Shown: positions 27,473 through 36,874 of the stretch, in pieces
Layout of the letters: each line of letters starts with the position of its first letter
Numbering within the stretch: position 1 is the first letter of the stretch
Sequence record: NC_017972.1
DNA: 64,000 nucleotides
Reading direction: 5' to 3' (one strand)
Position numbers and translations under genes: made by a program
Notes under the pieces: generated by a model
The model's database searches: none
Told to the model about the DNA's origin: nothing
What the model saw: the letters and a program-made list of their open reading frames with translations, nothing else

Positions 27473-27961
27473 TTAGGCTTCGGCGTGGTCTTCGTCTTCG
27501 GCCAGTGCTTCGGCTTCGTCCGCTACAACGCCCGCGATTTGCGCACGCAATACAGCCTGATACTGGTGCGGCGCCATTTGCTTTGCCAGTTCATCGTTGA
27601 TTTCAAACCATTCACGGCGGCGCAATTGGAACTCTTCCCAAGGCACGTTAGAAAGGAACGACGCACGGAAATAAACTTCGCGCTGAATTTTTGCCGGTTG
27701 GGTATCGGTTGCCTCGTATTGCAGAACCTCGTCATATACGGATTCGTGCAAGGTAACAGCCATACCCGCTTCCTCGCGCATTTCTTTCTGCGCGTTTTCC
27801 TCATGGGTCAGATTTGGTTCCAAACCGCCTTTCGGCAAAACCCACAGGCCGGGGAATTTAAGCGAAGTAACCAGCAGCACTTTCTTTTTGTCGTCGCTCA
27901 GCAGCGCAACGCCGGTAGCGATACGGATGTAGTTTTTGATTTTAGCGATAGAAACGTTCAT
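27473..27961 (-). CDS. Nudix hydrolase, DIPP/Aps1-like (paralogue of 1490..1996)
   Basis: WVLPKGGLEPNLTHEENAQKEMREEAGM; WEEFQLRRREWF. Confidence 0.9.
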   Translation of the reverse strand: MNVSIAKIKNYIRIATGVALLSDDKKKVLLVTSLKFPGLWVLPKGGLEPNLTHEENAQKEMREEAGMAVTLHESVYDEVLQYEATDTQPAKIQREVYFRASFLSNVPWEEFQLRRREWFEINDELAKQMAPHQYQAVLRAQIAGVVADEAEALAEDEDHAEA

Positions 27962-27985
27962 AGGTCAATGCCTCTTCTGTAGTGA

Positions 27986-28756
27986 TTAGTTTGCGGAGAA
28001 ATCAAGCGGAGACAAGCCACCGATATGATCGGTCAAGTCGTCTTTAAAGCTTTGGCACAGCGCCCTGTAGACACCGAACGGCAACATAAACGAGATTTCA
28101 AAATCGATGCAACGCACAAAGAATTTAAAGCTCCCCCACGGGCTGGGGAAACTCACTTCATACTGAATATCCAGAATGTCAGAATCTTGCACGACGCGGT
28201 AACTGATTGGCGCACGCGCTAACCGCTGGGCGCCGGACGTGTGGCGCACGTTCATCAGCAGGTTTTCCATTGCGTGAGAATACAGCATAGCCATAGGCAT
28301 TCCGTTGAGAATGTCAGAGCGCTGCATTCCCTGCAAACCGATTGCGCATTGCGGCTTAACCCAAACGTCGTGGTAATAACGCAACGTATTGAGCAGAGTG
28401 GCAAGGCCCAACAGATCGTGCATGGACAATTCATCAGTGGCTTTTGCGTATTGCGTGATGCAGGTCATGCCCGGACCGTGACGCAACCAACCAAAGCCAT
28501 TTTTAAACAACGTTTCGCGCTGCACGTCGCTGATTCGTTTCCAGTCAAACGCAGCAGCGTTCAACGGCATACCGGACAGCGAACGGCCACCATCGCGGAT
28601 ATGCTTTTCGAGCAGAGTTGCAATAACGAATTCCCCGTGCGGGAATTTTTCCATCGCAGCGTACATGTAGAAACCTGAAACCTGTGTGTTCAGGCAGGCG
28701 TCCAGATCGAAAGAAACATTAATAGATGGAATCGCATATTGCAGAGTAATGTTCAC
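27986..28756 (-). CDS. hypothetical protein (256 aa)
   Basis: ORF track. Confidence 0.72.
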   Translation of the reverse strand: MNITLQYAIPSINVSFDLDACLNTQVSGFYMYAAMEKFPHGEFVIATLLEKHIRDGGRSLSGMPLNAAAFDWKRISDVQRETLFKNGFGWLRHGPGMTCITQYAKATDELSMHDLLGLATLLNTLRYYHDVWVKPQCAIGLQGMQRSDILNGMPMAMLYSHAMENLLMNVRHTSGAQRLARAPISYRVVQDSDILDIQYEVSFPSPWGSFKFFVRCIDFEISFMLPFGVYRALCQSFKDDLTDHIGGLSPLDFSAN

Positions 28757-29127
28757 AGCAGTCCCCGTTCTTCCAGAATTGATAGTGCGGCTTCGCGTGC
28801 AACGTGATCGATTTGTTGCGCACGTTTTGTCTTCTTTGCAGCTTTTAATTTTTCACGCCGGGAACGCATCATACGGTCATGCACCAACATGCCCGCAACC
28901 CAACCTGCACCGGCCCCGAAACAGCCGAACAACGCAAGGTAAGGATTTTCAGTTTTCAACGCAGCGGATGCCAGCGTAAGAGTCACCAGCAACTCACACG
29001 CAGACATTGCAGCACCGCCAATAAACGACAAGGTTTTATGACCACCTGCTACGCTTTTGTTTTGGATGCCGCGTAGAAAAGTCGTCACAAACAAAACAGA
29101 CGCTGTTGTGAGGACCGTTTGAATCAT
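28753..29127 (-). CDS. three-TM membrane protein, paralogue of 52143..52412
   Basis: FV..FL(R/K)G.Q.K.V...E...G..A...VH.(R/K) shared pattern. Confidence 0.72.
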   Translation of the reverse strand: MIQTVLTTASVLFVTTFLRGIQNKSVAGGHKTLSFIGGAAMSACELLVTLTLASAALKTENPYLALFGCFGAGAGWVAGMLVHDRMMRSRREKLKAAKKTKRAQQIDHVAREAALSILEERGLL

Positions 29128-29477
29128 TTCGGTGGCCTCTCGTCTTCATATGTCGTATTCAATTCGCCGTTTGCTTTTCGAGCGTTGTACAGCTTATTGA
29201 GGTAATCCCGTTGAACCGGTGCGCAGGTTGTACCATCGTCGCCAATGCTGTAACAGGCTAAATTGGTGTCGGCGTCAAAGCAGCGCGTAACACTGATTTG
29301 ATTTGCGATGTAAGTATCACACATGATTGGCATGATTACTTTTGCGGCCTCAGCTTCTTGCGCTTCGCGCTCAGCTTCGGAAATGCCGCGTGCGTCTGCT
29401 TTTGGTGGCGCGCTAATCAGCAAGGCAGCACCAATAACCAGCAGAGGGAGCCAGTGTTTTTCAATGAACTTGTGCAT
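29124..29477 (-). CDS. secreted hypothetical protein
   Basis: Signal-like N-terminus; four Cys. Confidence 0.7.
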   Translation of the reverse strand: MHKFIEKHWLPLLVIGAALLISAPPKADARGISEAEREAQEAEAAKVIMPIMCDTYIANQISVTRCFDADTNLACYSIGDDGTTCAPVQRDYLNKLYNARKANGELNTTYEDERPPK

Positions 29478-29793
29478 TCGCTTTTTCCTCGGGCAGCATG
29501 TAGCGGGCGCGGCTAATCGTTTTCACTTCGTCACAATCCATAATGCGCTGGCTGGCGCCGTTGGGATTGGTGCGCACCGAGTACAGATAGCAAATTTTGT
29601 TGAAGTCGGGATCGTAGTAGCGCATCACGGTTCCACTCGGGGAATCCACGATAATTTCCATCGGCAACATTTCTTTGTTGCGGATAATCTCGGACGAACG
29701 CTTTTCCAGTTCGCCAGTAATGGTCGCTTCTTTGTTGCAGCCCGCTACGGACAGCAGGGCAACGGTAATCAGTAGTGCTCTTCGGATTATCAT
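29461..29793 (-). CDS. predicted lipoprotein
   Basis: MIIRRALLITVALLSVAGC lipobox. Confidence 0.75.
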   Translation of the reverse strand: MIIRRALLITVALLSVAGCNKEATITGELEKRSSEIIRNKEMLPMEIIVDSPSGTVMRYYDPDFNKICYLYSVRTNPNGASQRIMDCDEVKTISRARYMLPEEKANAQVH

Positions 29794-30263
29794 TCTTTCT
29801 CTTCCTCTTCCTTGCGCAAAATTGCGGATTCCAACAGGTCAAAAAATTGGTCTACACTGTCGGCAAATTTGTGGGCTTCATACGGCGAATTGTAGCGCGT
29901 CGCTAGCGACAATCCCCACGGGCGCCCAGCCTCTTCCAAATCCAGCATGTTCGGGATCAAGCGGACGAAATAAAATCCACGGTCCCAATATACCCGCGTC
30001 CATTTACTTTCTGGACGGCTATGCAGCAAGCGCGGCATTTCAGGCAGCTTGGAAACATCGCCGGTCACACCCATCATTTCAGCGGTGTATTTTCCGATGG
30101 TTGTTACGTGCAATTCCGGCACGGTTTCCATGTACGCTTTTGCCACACGGTTGCAGCAAGGCGTAGTAAACGTTGGTTCTGCGTATTCCTTTAACGGCGT
30201 GTTGCAGTAGGGGCACCAAATCGGATCGGGGCCGAGTACCGCAAAAAGTTGTTGATTTTCCAT
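29790..30263 (-). CDS. hypothetical protein with possible Zn-binding motif
   Basis: CPYC...TPCC. Confidence 0.7.
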   Translation of the reverse strand: MENQQLFAVLGPDPIWCPYCNTPLKEYAEPTFTTPCCNRVAKAYMETVPELHVTTIGKYTAEMMGVTGDVSKLPEMPRLLHSRPESKWTRVYWDRGFYFVRLIPNMLDLEEAGRPWGLSLATRYNSPYEAHKFADSVDQFFDLLESAILRKEEEEKE

Positions 30264-30278
30264 GTCAAGTCTCGGTGA

Positions 30279-31079
30279 TTATTCGTCTTCTTCCAGTATG
30301 GATAGAGCGTGTTTCAGTGCTGGCTCAACCAGCGGTTGGATTCGTTCGGCACAGCGCTTCAAAAACTCTGGCGATAGTGCGGTTTCTTTTACGGTGCGCT
30401 GGCCTCGCATAATGTCGATGATTGCATCCGCGCCTTCGTTGGCGCCGCGTGTGGAATGCGCACGCAAACCAAAGTCTTCCAGCGTTGGCGTAACGGTGCC
30501 ATTTTCAACAACGAAAGAGATAACGCATTTTACTGCGTCGTCACAGTGCTCGCCGCCGTACATGGACGATTTGAAACGCAGATAAGGGAACGCCTCAGCC
30601 AGCGCAAGCAAATCTTCATAATACGATTGCGTACTCGGGTAGCTGCCACGCGAATTGTCGCAGTAGAAAATTTTACCTTCGGGGCTACAGAAACCGTAAG
30701 CGCCATGCAGGTAAGACGAAGCGGCCCAAGTGTTGTGGATGCACTCGAACGAACAAAAGCCAAGCGCATCACGAATGTATTTTTGCGCGTGGTATTTCAA
30801 AAAGAAAACTACGCCTTCGTGGTCGTGCTTGTTAGCAGCCTTGACGATTGCGTCCATACCGCTTTGCTTGTGGATCAAAGCGCGTAGCTGGGTAAAGCGA
30901 CGGCTCATCGGTTCGGAAATTCCGGTGATGAATTTGTCGGTACGCAGGATGATATCCAGCGCCTGCTCTTCGGTTACGCTGTCACCGACAATCATGATTT
31001 GCGGCCACTTCGGCAAACCTAGATCAGCCATTTCTTTCGGCAGCTGCGGGAACAGCTTTTCTTCTTCCTTATCTTCCAT
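30279..31079 (-). CDS. hypothetical protein (266 aa)
   Basis: ORF track. Confidence 0.78.
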   Translation of the reverse strand: MEDKEEEKLFPQLPKEMADLGLPKWPQIMIVGDSVTEEQALDIILRTDKFITGISEPMSRRFTQLRALIHKQSGMDAIVKAANKHDHEGVVFFLKYHAQKYIRDALGFCSFECIHNTWAASSYLHGAYGFCSPEGKIFYCDNSRGSYPSTQSYYEDLLALAEAFPYLRFKSSMYGGEHCDDAVKCVISFVVENGTVTPTLEDFGLRAHSTRGANEGADAIIDIMRGQRTVKETALSPEFLKRCAERIQPLVEPALKHALSILEEDE

Positions 31080-31090
31080 TTACAGATTCC

Positions 31091-31333
31091 TCAGCAGGAC
31101 ACGTTTAGGGAGCGGACGTATTGAACGTTACCGCAATTAGGGCAGACGTGACGGTAACGCATACCACGCGGAACAACCATACCCGTTGGCGGGTTGTGGC
31201 TGTAGCTGGTGCATGGATTGTATTGCGCGTATTCAGGATCAGGCTCAAAACCAGAAACAGATTTGTGATCGAAATCTTCTGGCAATTCCATACCGTTAAG
31301 CGCAGCAAACAAAATCGGATCGGAGGTGTACAT
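31091..31333 (-). CDS. small Zn-ribbon protein
   Basis: C.S..HNPP...HVCPNCG; start at MYTSDP overlapping the upstream TAA. Confidence 0.68.
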   Translation of the reverse strand: MYTSDPILFAALNGMELPEDFDHKSVSGFEPDPEYAQYNPCTSYSHNPPTGMVVPRGMRYRHVCPNCGNVQYVRSLNVSC

Positions 31334-31881
31334 TAAAAGCCCTCGGATTTTTCGACCAAAACTCTTACGTCTTCCTCGCCCGGTTCGGCGCCCATGCAGG
31401 TAATCCAACCGAGGGGAGAAACGCTACTTTTCAGGCCCATACCGATTGCCACTTTTTCACCCAGCTGCATAGCCTCGCCTAAAGTCAACCAGCGGTGCAA
31501 AACTTCGCGGCGAGTTTCCACATTGTCCACGTCGTAAACAATGCTGACTTTCCATTTTTCTCTGGAGGCTTGCAGATCAACCAGAACGCCGTGGCGTTGT
31601 GCAATTTCTGCCGCCAGTTGTGCGTAGATTGGATGGTTTTCCGGGTAGCGGTCCATGTAGTCGTATTGGTGCATACGCATACGCTGCTCCAGCGCAAACA
31701 ATTCATCCTCTTTGTCACGAATGTAATTGATTGCTTGCTCAACGTTTTTGAACTGGCCACCACAGCCGGGCAGGAAACGCCCGCCGTGCCGCTCGCGCTC
31801 CATTTGCTCAAGTTCTTGCTTACGGTCATTAACACGTTTGTGCAGCGCGTTGTAAATGGCGATCAGGTCGCTTTTCAGCAT
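31333..31881 (-). CDS. hypothetical protein
   Basis: ORF track; start MLKSDL in a TAATG overlap. Confidence 0.72.
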   Translation of the reverse strand: MLKSDLIAIYNALHKRVNDRKQELEQMERERHGGRFLPGCGGQFKNVEQAINYIRDKEDELFALEQRMRMHQYDYMDRYPENHPIYAQLAAEIAQRHGVLVDLQASREKWKVSIVYDVDNVETRREVLHRWLTLGEAMQLGEKVAIGMGLKSSVSPLGWITCMGAEPGEEDVRVLVEKSEGF

Positions 31882-31994
31882 TAGCATTTTTTGGCCTTCG
31901 GTTTGTACACGTATTTCTTTTTGACCAGCGCCCACACCAGAACGGCAGCAGGCAGCAGGGACACGACAAATACCAGCGCAGCAATCGCAGTCAT
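31881..31994 (-). CDS. single-TM peptide with basic tail (37 aa)
   Basis: Manual translation MTAIAALVFVVSLLPAAVLVWALVKKKYVYKPKAKKC; overlaps both neighbours' start/stop codons. Confidence 0.6.
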   Translation of the reverse strand: MTAIAALVFVVSLLPAAVLVWALVKKKYVYKPKAKKC

Positions 31995-32317
31995 TTTGCT
32001 TTCTTCTTTTTCTTTACAGGTTTCGTGTTGATCGGCTCTTCTTCGACTTCCAGTTCATCGTCATCTGCGAAGTCTTCTGGCGGAGTAACCATGAATTTCA
32101 TTTCACAACCGAGCGCACCTGCGAAAATAATCAGGCGAGAAAGCGCAACTTGGCGCCCGGTAATGATGTTGTGTACGTCGGCCTTGTTGACCGCGAACTG
32201 GCGTTGCAGCTCTTCGATTGGCAAATTGCGTTTTGCCAGCTCCGATTTTACTGCTTGGCGCAAAGACGAATCGATTTCTTCAATGGCAACACGGCCACGC
32301 TCTTCGCACGGGTGCAT
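31991..32317 (-). CDS. Xre/HigA-like HTH DNA-binding protein
   Basis: LPIEELQRQFAVNKADVHNIITGRQVALSRLIIFAGALG. Confidence 0.75.
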   Translation of the reverse strand: MHPCEERGRVAIEEIDSSLRQAVKSELAKRNLPIEELQRQFAVNKADVHNIITGRQVALSRLIIFAGALGCEMKFMVTPPEDFADDDELEVEEEPINTKPVKKKKKAK

Positions 32318-32682
32318 TAGACGGCCTCAGTGCGAACGTAAACGGAGTGACCTTGGTTGGTTTTACGGGTCAGTTTGTACGGAACTTTTTCAGTGCGAGC
32401 CTTGCGCGCCAAGCGACGGCCCAGCATCTTTTTCATCATAGGTTCCAGTTGTTCGCCATCGGTCAGGGCGCTAACCGTGAACTCTTCACCGACCGGCAAA
32501 CCGTCAATCTGTTTTACCAGTTCATTAAAACGCGAAGTAACCGGGCAAGTTTCTTTCAGCTCTTCGGTATTCAGGCCCAACCACATGTATTGCACGATAG
32601 CCTGTTCCAGCTTTTCACCGCCAGTTGCTACGACCAGTTTGTGCAGCAGGTCGTCGGGTACATCGATCAGAATTTTAGGCAT
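32317..32682 (-). CDS. RHH-like N-terminus plus DUF1413-like domain
   Basis: MPKILIDVPDDLLHKL; LPVGEEFTVSAL...LGRRLAR...Y..T. Confidence 0.55.
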   Translation of the reverse strand: MPKILIDVPDDLLHKLVVATGGEKLEQAIVQYMWLGLNTEELKETCPVTSRFNELVKQIDGLPVGEEFTVSALTDGEQLEPMMKKMLGRRLARKARTEKVPYKLTRKTNQGHSVYVRTEAV

Positions 32683-33109
32683 TGCTTTTTCCTTGGAGGT
32701 CTTTGATTAGTTCGCTGCGCACTTGTTGCTCGATGTTTTCGCCGGTCAGCCAGCGGAAAGCTTCCAGCACTTTCGTAAATTCATCCAGCAATTCGTTGAT
32801 CGAAACGACGACGTTTTGGAAGGGTTCTTTGTCGAACAACAGCTGCGGCGGTCGGGGCTGTACGTAGATGGTATTCGGCTCTACAAACGCATCGCGCTCG
32901 GTGTAGACTAGCGAATAATTACCGAGGCCTTCCAACAGGCCGCGCTGCATCTGCACAATTTCTTTTTGCAGAAACTCGACGTAGTGCCTGCGCTCGGAGA
33001 AAGTCAGCGATGAAAGCTTACGTTTTCCTTCGCGGCATTCTCGCACCGCTTCGTCAAGCATTGCACGATCTAAAAGGCTAGGCACGTTTACGGGACTCCA
33101 CAGGAACAT
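32675..33109 (-). CDS. hypothetical protein (144 aa)
   Basis: ORF track. Confidence 0.7.
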   Translation of the reverse strand: MFLWSPVNVPSLLDRAMLDEAVRECREGKRKLSSLTFSERRHYVEFLQKEIVQMQRGLLEGLGNYSLVYTERDAFVEPNTIYVQPRPPQLLFDKEPFQNVVVSINELLDEFTKVLEAFRWLTGENIEQQVRSELIKDLQGKSNA

Positions 33110-33605
33110 GCGCGTTTTTCTGTACCGTCATTGGTACGCCTTTGGTCTTCATACTCGGGCCTTTCTTGGCTTTCGGTTTCGGACCTTTTTTCGCTTCGGC
33201 ATTCGCTTTTGCTGGCGCTTTGAGAACCTTTTTCTTCGGTGGCGACAACTCGGTTTCGCGCAGAATCAATTCGATCAGTGCCAGTGGGCGCGGGTGAATC
33301 ACTACGGCTTCCATAACAACGGCGGTTTCTACATAAACTTTCTGCTCGCCGTTTTGATCGGGCAGCGCTTCGGAATCGTAGACCGGAGTACGCGTGCAAT
33401 TTTGCAGCATTCCCCAAGCGGCGCGACGCACAGCTTTGTCGGTGCCGTGAATACGCGCAGCCATCATGCAAACAACCAGCGCATGGAAGTAATCACGCGG
33501 CTGTTTTTTCTCGGTCTTCGGGAACAGAATAAAGTGAACCCAAATGCGCAACGGGGAGCGGGGAAACGGCGCGTTCGGCACCATAGAATTACCCATGTAC
33601 TTCAT
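33078..33605 (-). CDS. hypothetical protein with Lys-rich tail
   Basis: ORF track. Confidence 0.7.
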   Translation of the reverse strand: MKYMGNSMVPNAPFPRSPLRIWVHFILFPKTEKKQPRDYFHALVVCMMAARIHGTDKAVRRAAWGMLQNCTRTPVYDSEALPDQNGEQKVYVETAVVMEAVVIHPRPLALIELILRETELSPPKKKVLKAPAKANAEAKKGPKPKAKKGPSMKTKGVPMTVQKNAHVPVESRKRA

Positions 33606-33618
33606 TACTACTCTTCCT

Positions 33619-34017
33619 TCAATTTACCGGCATTTTGTGGGACCAGAGCGGCCCGGTGTACTGCGGCAGGTACGGGATCAGGCGCCACAGACGTTGTTCA
33701 ACATCGAACCCGGCATTTTTGACTTCTTCCAGACGATCTACGTGCTCCACGAAAATGCAGCGCGCCCACGCTTTCATGTCGGTGGGGATACGGAAATACG
33801 GGCTTTCGCCTTCGCGCACTTTTACTTGAGCACGCAGAATCTGATACGGCACAGGGTTTACTGCGATTTCTTCCAGATAAAACGTGGACACGAAACGAGG
33901 CAGGAACTGGCGGTCTTCGTCGTAAACCAAACCACACGAACGTGCGAGCTTTTCCATGCAAACTTGTTGGCTGAAAACGAAAACAAGATTTACGCTTTTG
34001 AGGTCTGCCGGACTCAT
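33619..34017 (-). CDS. hypothetical protein (132 aa)
   Basis: ORF track. Confidence 0.7.
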   Translation of the reverse strand: MSPADLKSVNLVFVFSQQVCMEKLARSCGLVYDEDRQFLPRFVSTFYLEEIAVNPVPYQILRAQVKVREGESPYFRIPTDMKAWARCIFVEHVDRLEEVKNAGFDVEQRLWRLIPYLPQYTGPLWSHKMPVN

Positions 34018-34589
34018 GCTTGTTGCTCCGTCAAAGTGTGCAGCAAACCAGCAGCTTTCAGCTTGCGGATTTCGCCAAGGGATTTTCCGTATTTCGCTGC
34101 CAGTTCTTTTACCGTGCCTTCCGGCGCTGGCGCGTGCTGGCTGTTGAATTGCTCGCGCTGTTGCTGGGCCGCACGTTCTTTGCGTTGCACGTCAGCCCGC
34201 ACGGTATCGCGCCAATCCTGCATTTTCATGATGGTAGGCTTTTCCGGCTGGCGCATCAGCGCAGTCACCATCTGTATCATTTCTTCATTGATAAAAGGCA
34301 TGAGCGCTTTTGCCTGTTTGATACGATGTTCCTGCGCCCAGTCTTTCGCTTCCTGAATCAGGCTGTTGTAAATGTCGCTGAAAATTTCGCCAGCGTCTTC
34401 CATCGAATTCAGATCGACCAAACGACCATTCAGCGACCAGAAAATCGCCATGCGAATTTCCATGTCGAATTGGCCGCTCAGCAGCTCGCGGGTGAACTGG
34501 AATTGCTTTTCGTAGCTGTCCAGATAAAGCTTGTAGCCAATGCGGGTACGTTGTTCTACGGTGAATTCTTCTGCCAGTGGAGATTTCAT
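34014..34589 (-). CDS. helical protein with C-terminal HTH-like motif
   Basis: TVKELAAKYGKSLGEIRKLK; start at MKSPLA. Confidence 0.7.
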   Translation of the reverse strand: MKSPLAEEFTVEQRTRIGYKLYLDSYEKQFQFTRELLSGQFDMEIRMAIFWSLNGRLVDLNSMEDAGEIFSDIYNSLIQEAKDWAQEHRIKQAKALMPFINEEMIQMVTALMRQPEKPTIMKMQDWRDTVRADVQRKERAAQQQREQFNSQHAPAPEGTVKELAAKYGKSLGEIRKLKAAGLLHTLTEQQA

Positions 34590-34924
34590 TTGATTTCCTG
34601 AATGTTGTGCAGCGAGCCTTGCGCCGAACCGTTGAACATGTCTTTCACTTCGACAAACAGCAGGGTGTAGGCGCGGTCGCCACACAGCACAGGCGGCGCA
34701 TAGATAACGTGCGAAACTTTGTCGCCGTTTTCGTTGTTCAAAGTGACAACGTGTGTGGCTTCATCGAACATGTGGTGCTTGGCGATTTCGCGTTGCTCTT
34801 CGATCCACTTGCTTTTGCTGCGATGTTCGTCCGCGTTGCTATGGCGAACACTCAGGATTTTCTTACGCAGGTTTTCGTGGCGCTCCCACGCGGCAGTAGG
34901 GATCACAGAAATACGTTTAATCAC
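34586..34924 (-). CDS. hypothetical protein (112 aa)
   Basis: ORF track. Confidence 0.7.
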   Translation of the reverse strand: MIKRISVIPTAAWERHENLRKKILSVRHSNADEHRSKSKWIEEQREIAKHHMFDEATHVVTLNNENGDKVSHVIYAPPVLCGDRAYTLLFVEVKDMFNGSAQGSLHNIQEIK

Positions 34925-35337
34925 TTTGACAGCTCTCCGATGCTTTTAATGTCATAGATGAAATAGTCCGGTTCGTGCTGCAACCGGGGGTCACACATTT
35001 TGTAGATATGCGGCAGCATTTCAGGGCGACGCAGAATAGGCGGCACCTGAATAGCCATTGCGTACAGGAATTGCTGTTCGCGCACGTTGTCATCGTCGTC
35101 CAAAAGATTCCGATAAATTTCGACAACGTGTGTCGCGTTAGCGAAGGCGGCGAACTTGTTTTTCAGCACGGCGCTAGCTTCGTCCACCTTGCTTTGCAAA
35201 TCCTTTTTATTTCCGCCAGTCAGCCGCACATGAACCAGCGCACCGCTGTAAGAGGAAAACGCAAAGAGCGTGGCTTTGTAGTCGTCATAAAACTTAGGCG
35301 TCAGGTCGCCCAAGAAAATAATACCAGCGAATGCCAT
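34921..35337 (-). CDS. hypothetical protein (138 aa)
   Basis: ORF track. Confidence 0.7.
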   Translation of the reverse strand: MAFAGIIFLGDLTPKFYDDYKATLFAFSSYSGALVHVRLTGGNKKDLQSKVDEASAVLKNKFAAFANATHVVEIYRNLLDDDDNVREQQFLYAMAIQVPPILRRPEMLPHIYKMCDPRLQHEPDYFIYDIKSIGELSK

Positions 35338-35341
35338 AGCG

Positions 35342-35566
35342 TCACCTGTAGTTGTAAATCAGCAGGCCGGTCATGCAGATCGAGATAAGAACAATCACGA
35401 CGTTAAGCGCAACGCGCAGCACACGATTGTCGCTCTTTTCCACGTAACCGAGGATGGTCGAAGCCACTAGGAAGATCAGCAGCATTCCCAATACAAGCGA
35501 AGAGGTAGAGAGGGCAGTTACGCCCTCCCTTGCAGCTTCGCCGTTTTTCAAAATGATAACGGACAT
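35342..35566 (-). CDS. two-TM membrane protein
   Basis: Two hydrophobic segments. Confidence 0.7.
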   Translation of the reverse strand: MSVIILKNGEAAREGVTALSTSSLVLGMLLIFLVASTILGYVEKSDNRVLRVALNVVIVLISICMTGLLIYNYR

Positions 35567-35567
35567 T

Positions 35568-35744
35568 TTATTTAACGTTTACCCATTCTTTCAAATCAGC
35601 AATCCACATTTTCGTATTCTTTGGCGTCATGCGGATTGCTACACCTTGTTTGTAGACACACCAACCGCCCTTGGAGAAATTCACCAGCCAAGGGGAAGTG
35701 CTGGACGCCCGCACATACAGCAAACGAGTTTTATCACGCGCCAT
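35568..35744 (-). CDS. small hypothetical protein (58 aa, MARDKTRLLYVR...)
   Basis: Manual translation; GGAGG upstream; fills a gap. Confidence 0.65.
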   Translation of the reverse strand: MARDKTRLLYVRASSTSPWLVNFSKGGWCVYKQGVAIRMTPKNTKMWIADLKEWVNVK

Positions 35745-35764
35745 TGTGTGAGCCTCCGTCGTTT

Positions 35765-36283
35765 TTACGTTCCTGTTTGTTCATGTTGTCTCCGAGTTTT
35801 CAGCACCGGGCCAACACGATGGGTATGCCCTTGCCACGCGAAGCGGTTGCCAATGTACAGGCGTTTACGCATACGCGGCGACGTGGGGATTTCGTGCTGG
35901 CCGTTGTTTACCAGTGTGCAATTGATGAAGTCTACGGCCTTCTGCATGTCAGAGAAAAACTTGCGCGTAGACACGACTTGATATTGTGTAATCTCGACAC
36001 AAAAATCACGGTGTTCGTATTTGCCGATCCGTTCCGTTACGCTGATTTCTTTGTCGAAGTCGGAACAGTCGATTTTGATTCGGTGACTGATGTGCGGGAC
36101 ACGCCCGCGCTCTTTGAACGTCGTGACTGCTACCGGACGGGGCGTGGTGCCAGCGTCCATTTTCATACAGAGCAACTGCGCTGTTTTAACGAATTCCGAT
36201 TTGTAACGTGAGTCGAACACGGCACGCAACCATGCGAAGCGTACAGGTTCCTTTTTCATTTCCGTAGCCAGAACAATCGCCAT
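35765..36283 (-). CDS. hypothetical protein (172 aa)
   Basis: ORF track. Confidence 0.7.
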   Translation of the reverse strand: MAIVLATEMKKEPVRFAWLRAVFDSRYKSEFVKTAQLLCMKMDAGTTPRPVAVTTFKERGRVPHISHRIKIDCSDFDKEISVTERIGKYEHRDFCVEITQYQVVSTRKFFSDMQKAVDFINCTLVNNGQHEIPTSPRMRKRLYIGNRFAWQGHTHRVGPVLKTRRQHEQTGT

Positions 36284-36289
36284 GTCTTA

Positions 36290-36874
36290 TTACTCATTTA
36301 CAGATTTGAGATTTTTCGTGTAGTGGTATTCAACCAGACTCATATCGTCATCCGGCTTCATACCCTTCAAATTACGCGCATAGCCGTAACGCTCCAACGC
36401 TGCGCGCAATACTTCATTGCCGACCAGCTCAACGTGCAACCCAACAAAACCCATTTCTTTTGCTACCGTTTCGAGGTGGCGCAGGAAGGCGCGGAAATGG
36501 CCTTTGCCTCGTTGCTTGTAAGCGGTGGAAACGTTGGCGATGGTTACGCCCGGTTCCCATTCGTGCAGCGCATGGTTGAACGTGGGACCGGCGCGCAGGT
36601 AAACGCGCAATTCGCCACAGAGGAATTCAACCGAACGCGGGAATTTGGAATCAACTTGACGCACCAGAAATGCGGCAATGTTTGAAAAATCGGTGAGAAA
36701 ATCCTGCTTTCGTTTCAGGTCCATGTTTTTGTAGTCTGTCGAGAAGCCGTGCTCATGTTCGCGGGTGTCCATCCTCTGCCTCAACTTCTTGTTTTTACTT
36801 GTACCTTGTGGAGAGGCGGGAGGTTTTAATTCCCGCCTCGGTTTTATTACTTGGCGAACAGTTGCACGCCGCAA
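36290..36874 (-). CDS. GNAT-fold acetyltransferase
   Basis: IANV....KQRGKGHF (motif A), VELVGNEVLRAALERYGY (motif B). Confidence 0.75.
   Translation of the reverse strand: MRRATVRQVIKPRRELKPPASPQGTSKNKKLRQRMDTREHEHGFSTDYKNMDLKRKQDFLTDFSNIAAFLVRQVDSKFPRSVEFLCGELRVYLRAGPTFNHALHEWEPGVTIANVSTAYKQRGKGHFRAFLRHLETVAKEMGFVGLHVELVGNEVLRAALERYGYARNLKGMKPDDDMSLVEYHYTKNLKSVNE

Noticed and set aside
30263-30268. TTGACA hexamer near the 30263 start
   Set aside because: No -10 element at 16-18 nt spacing
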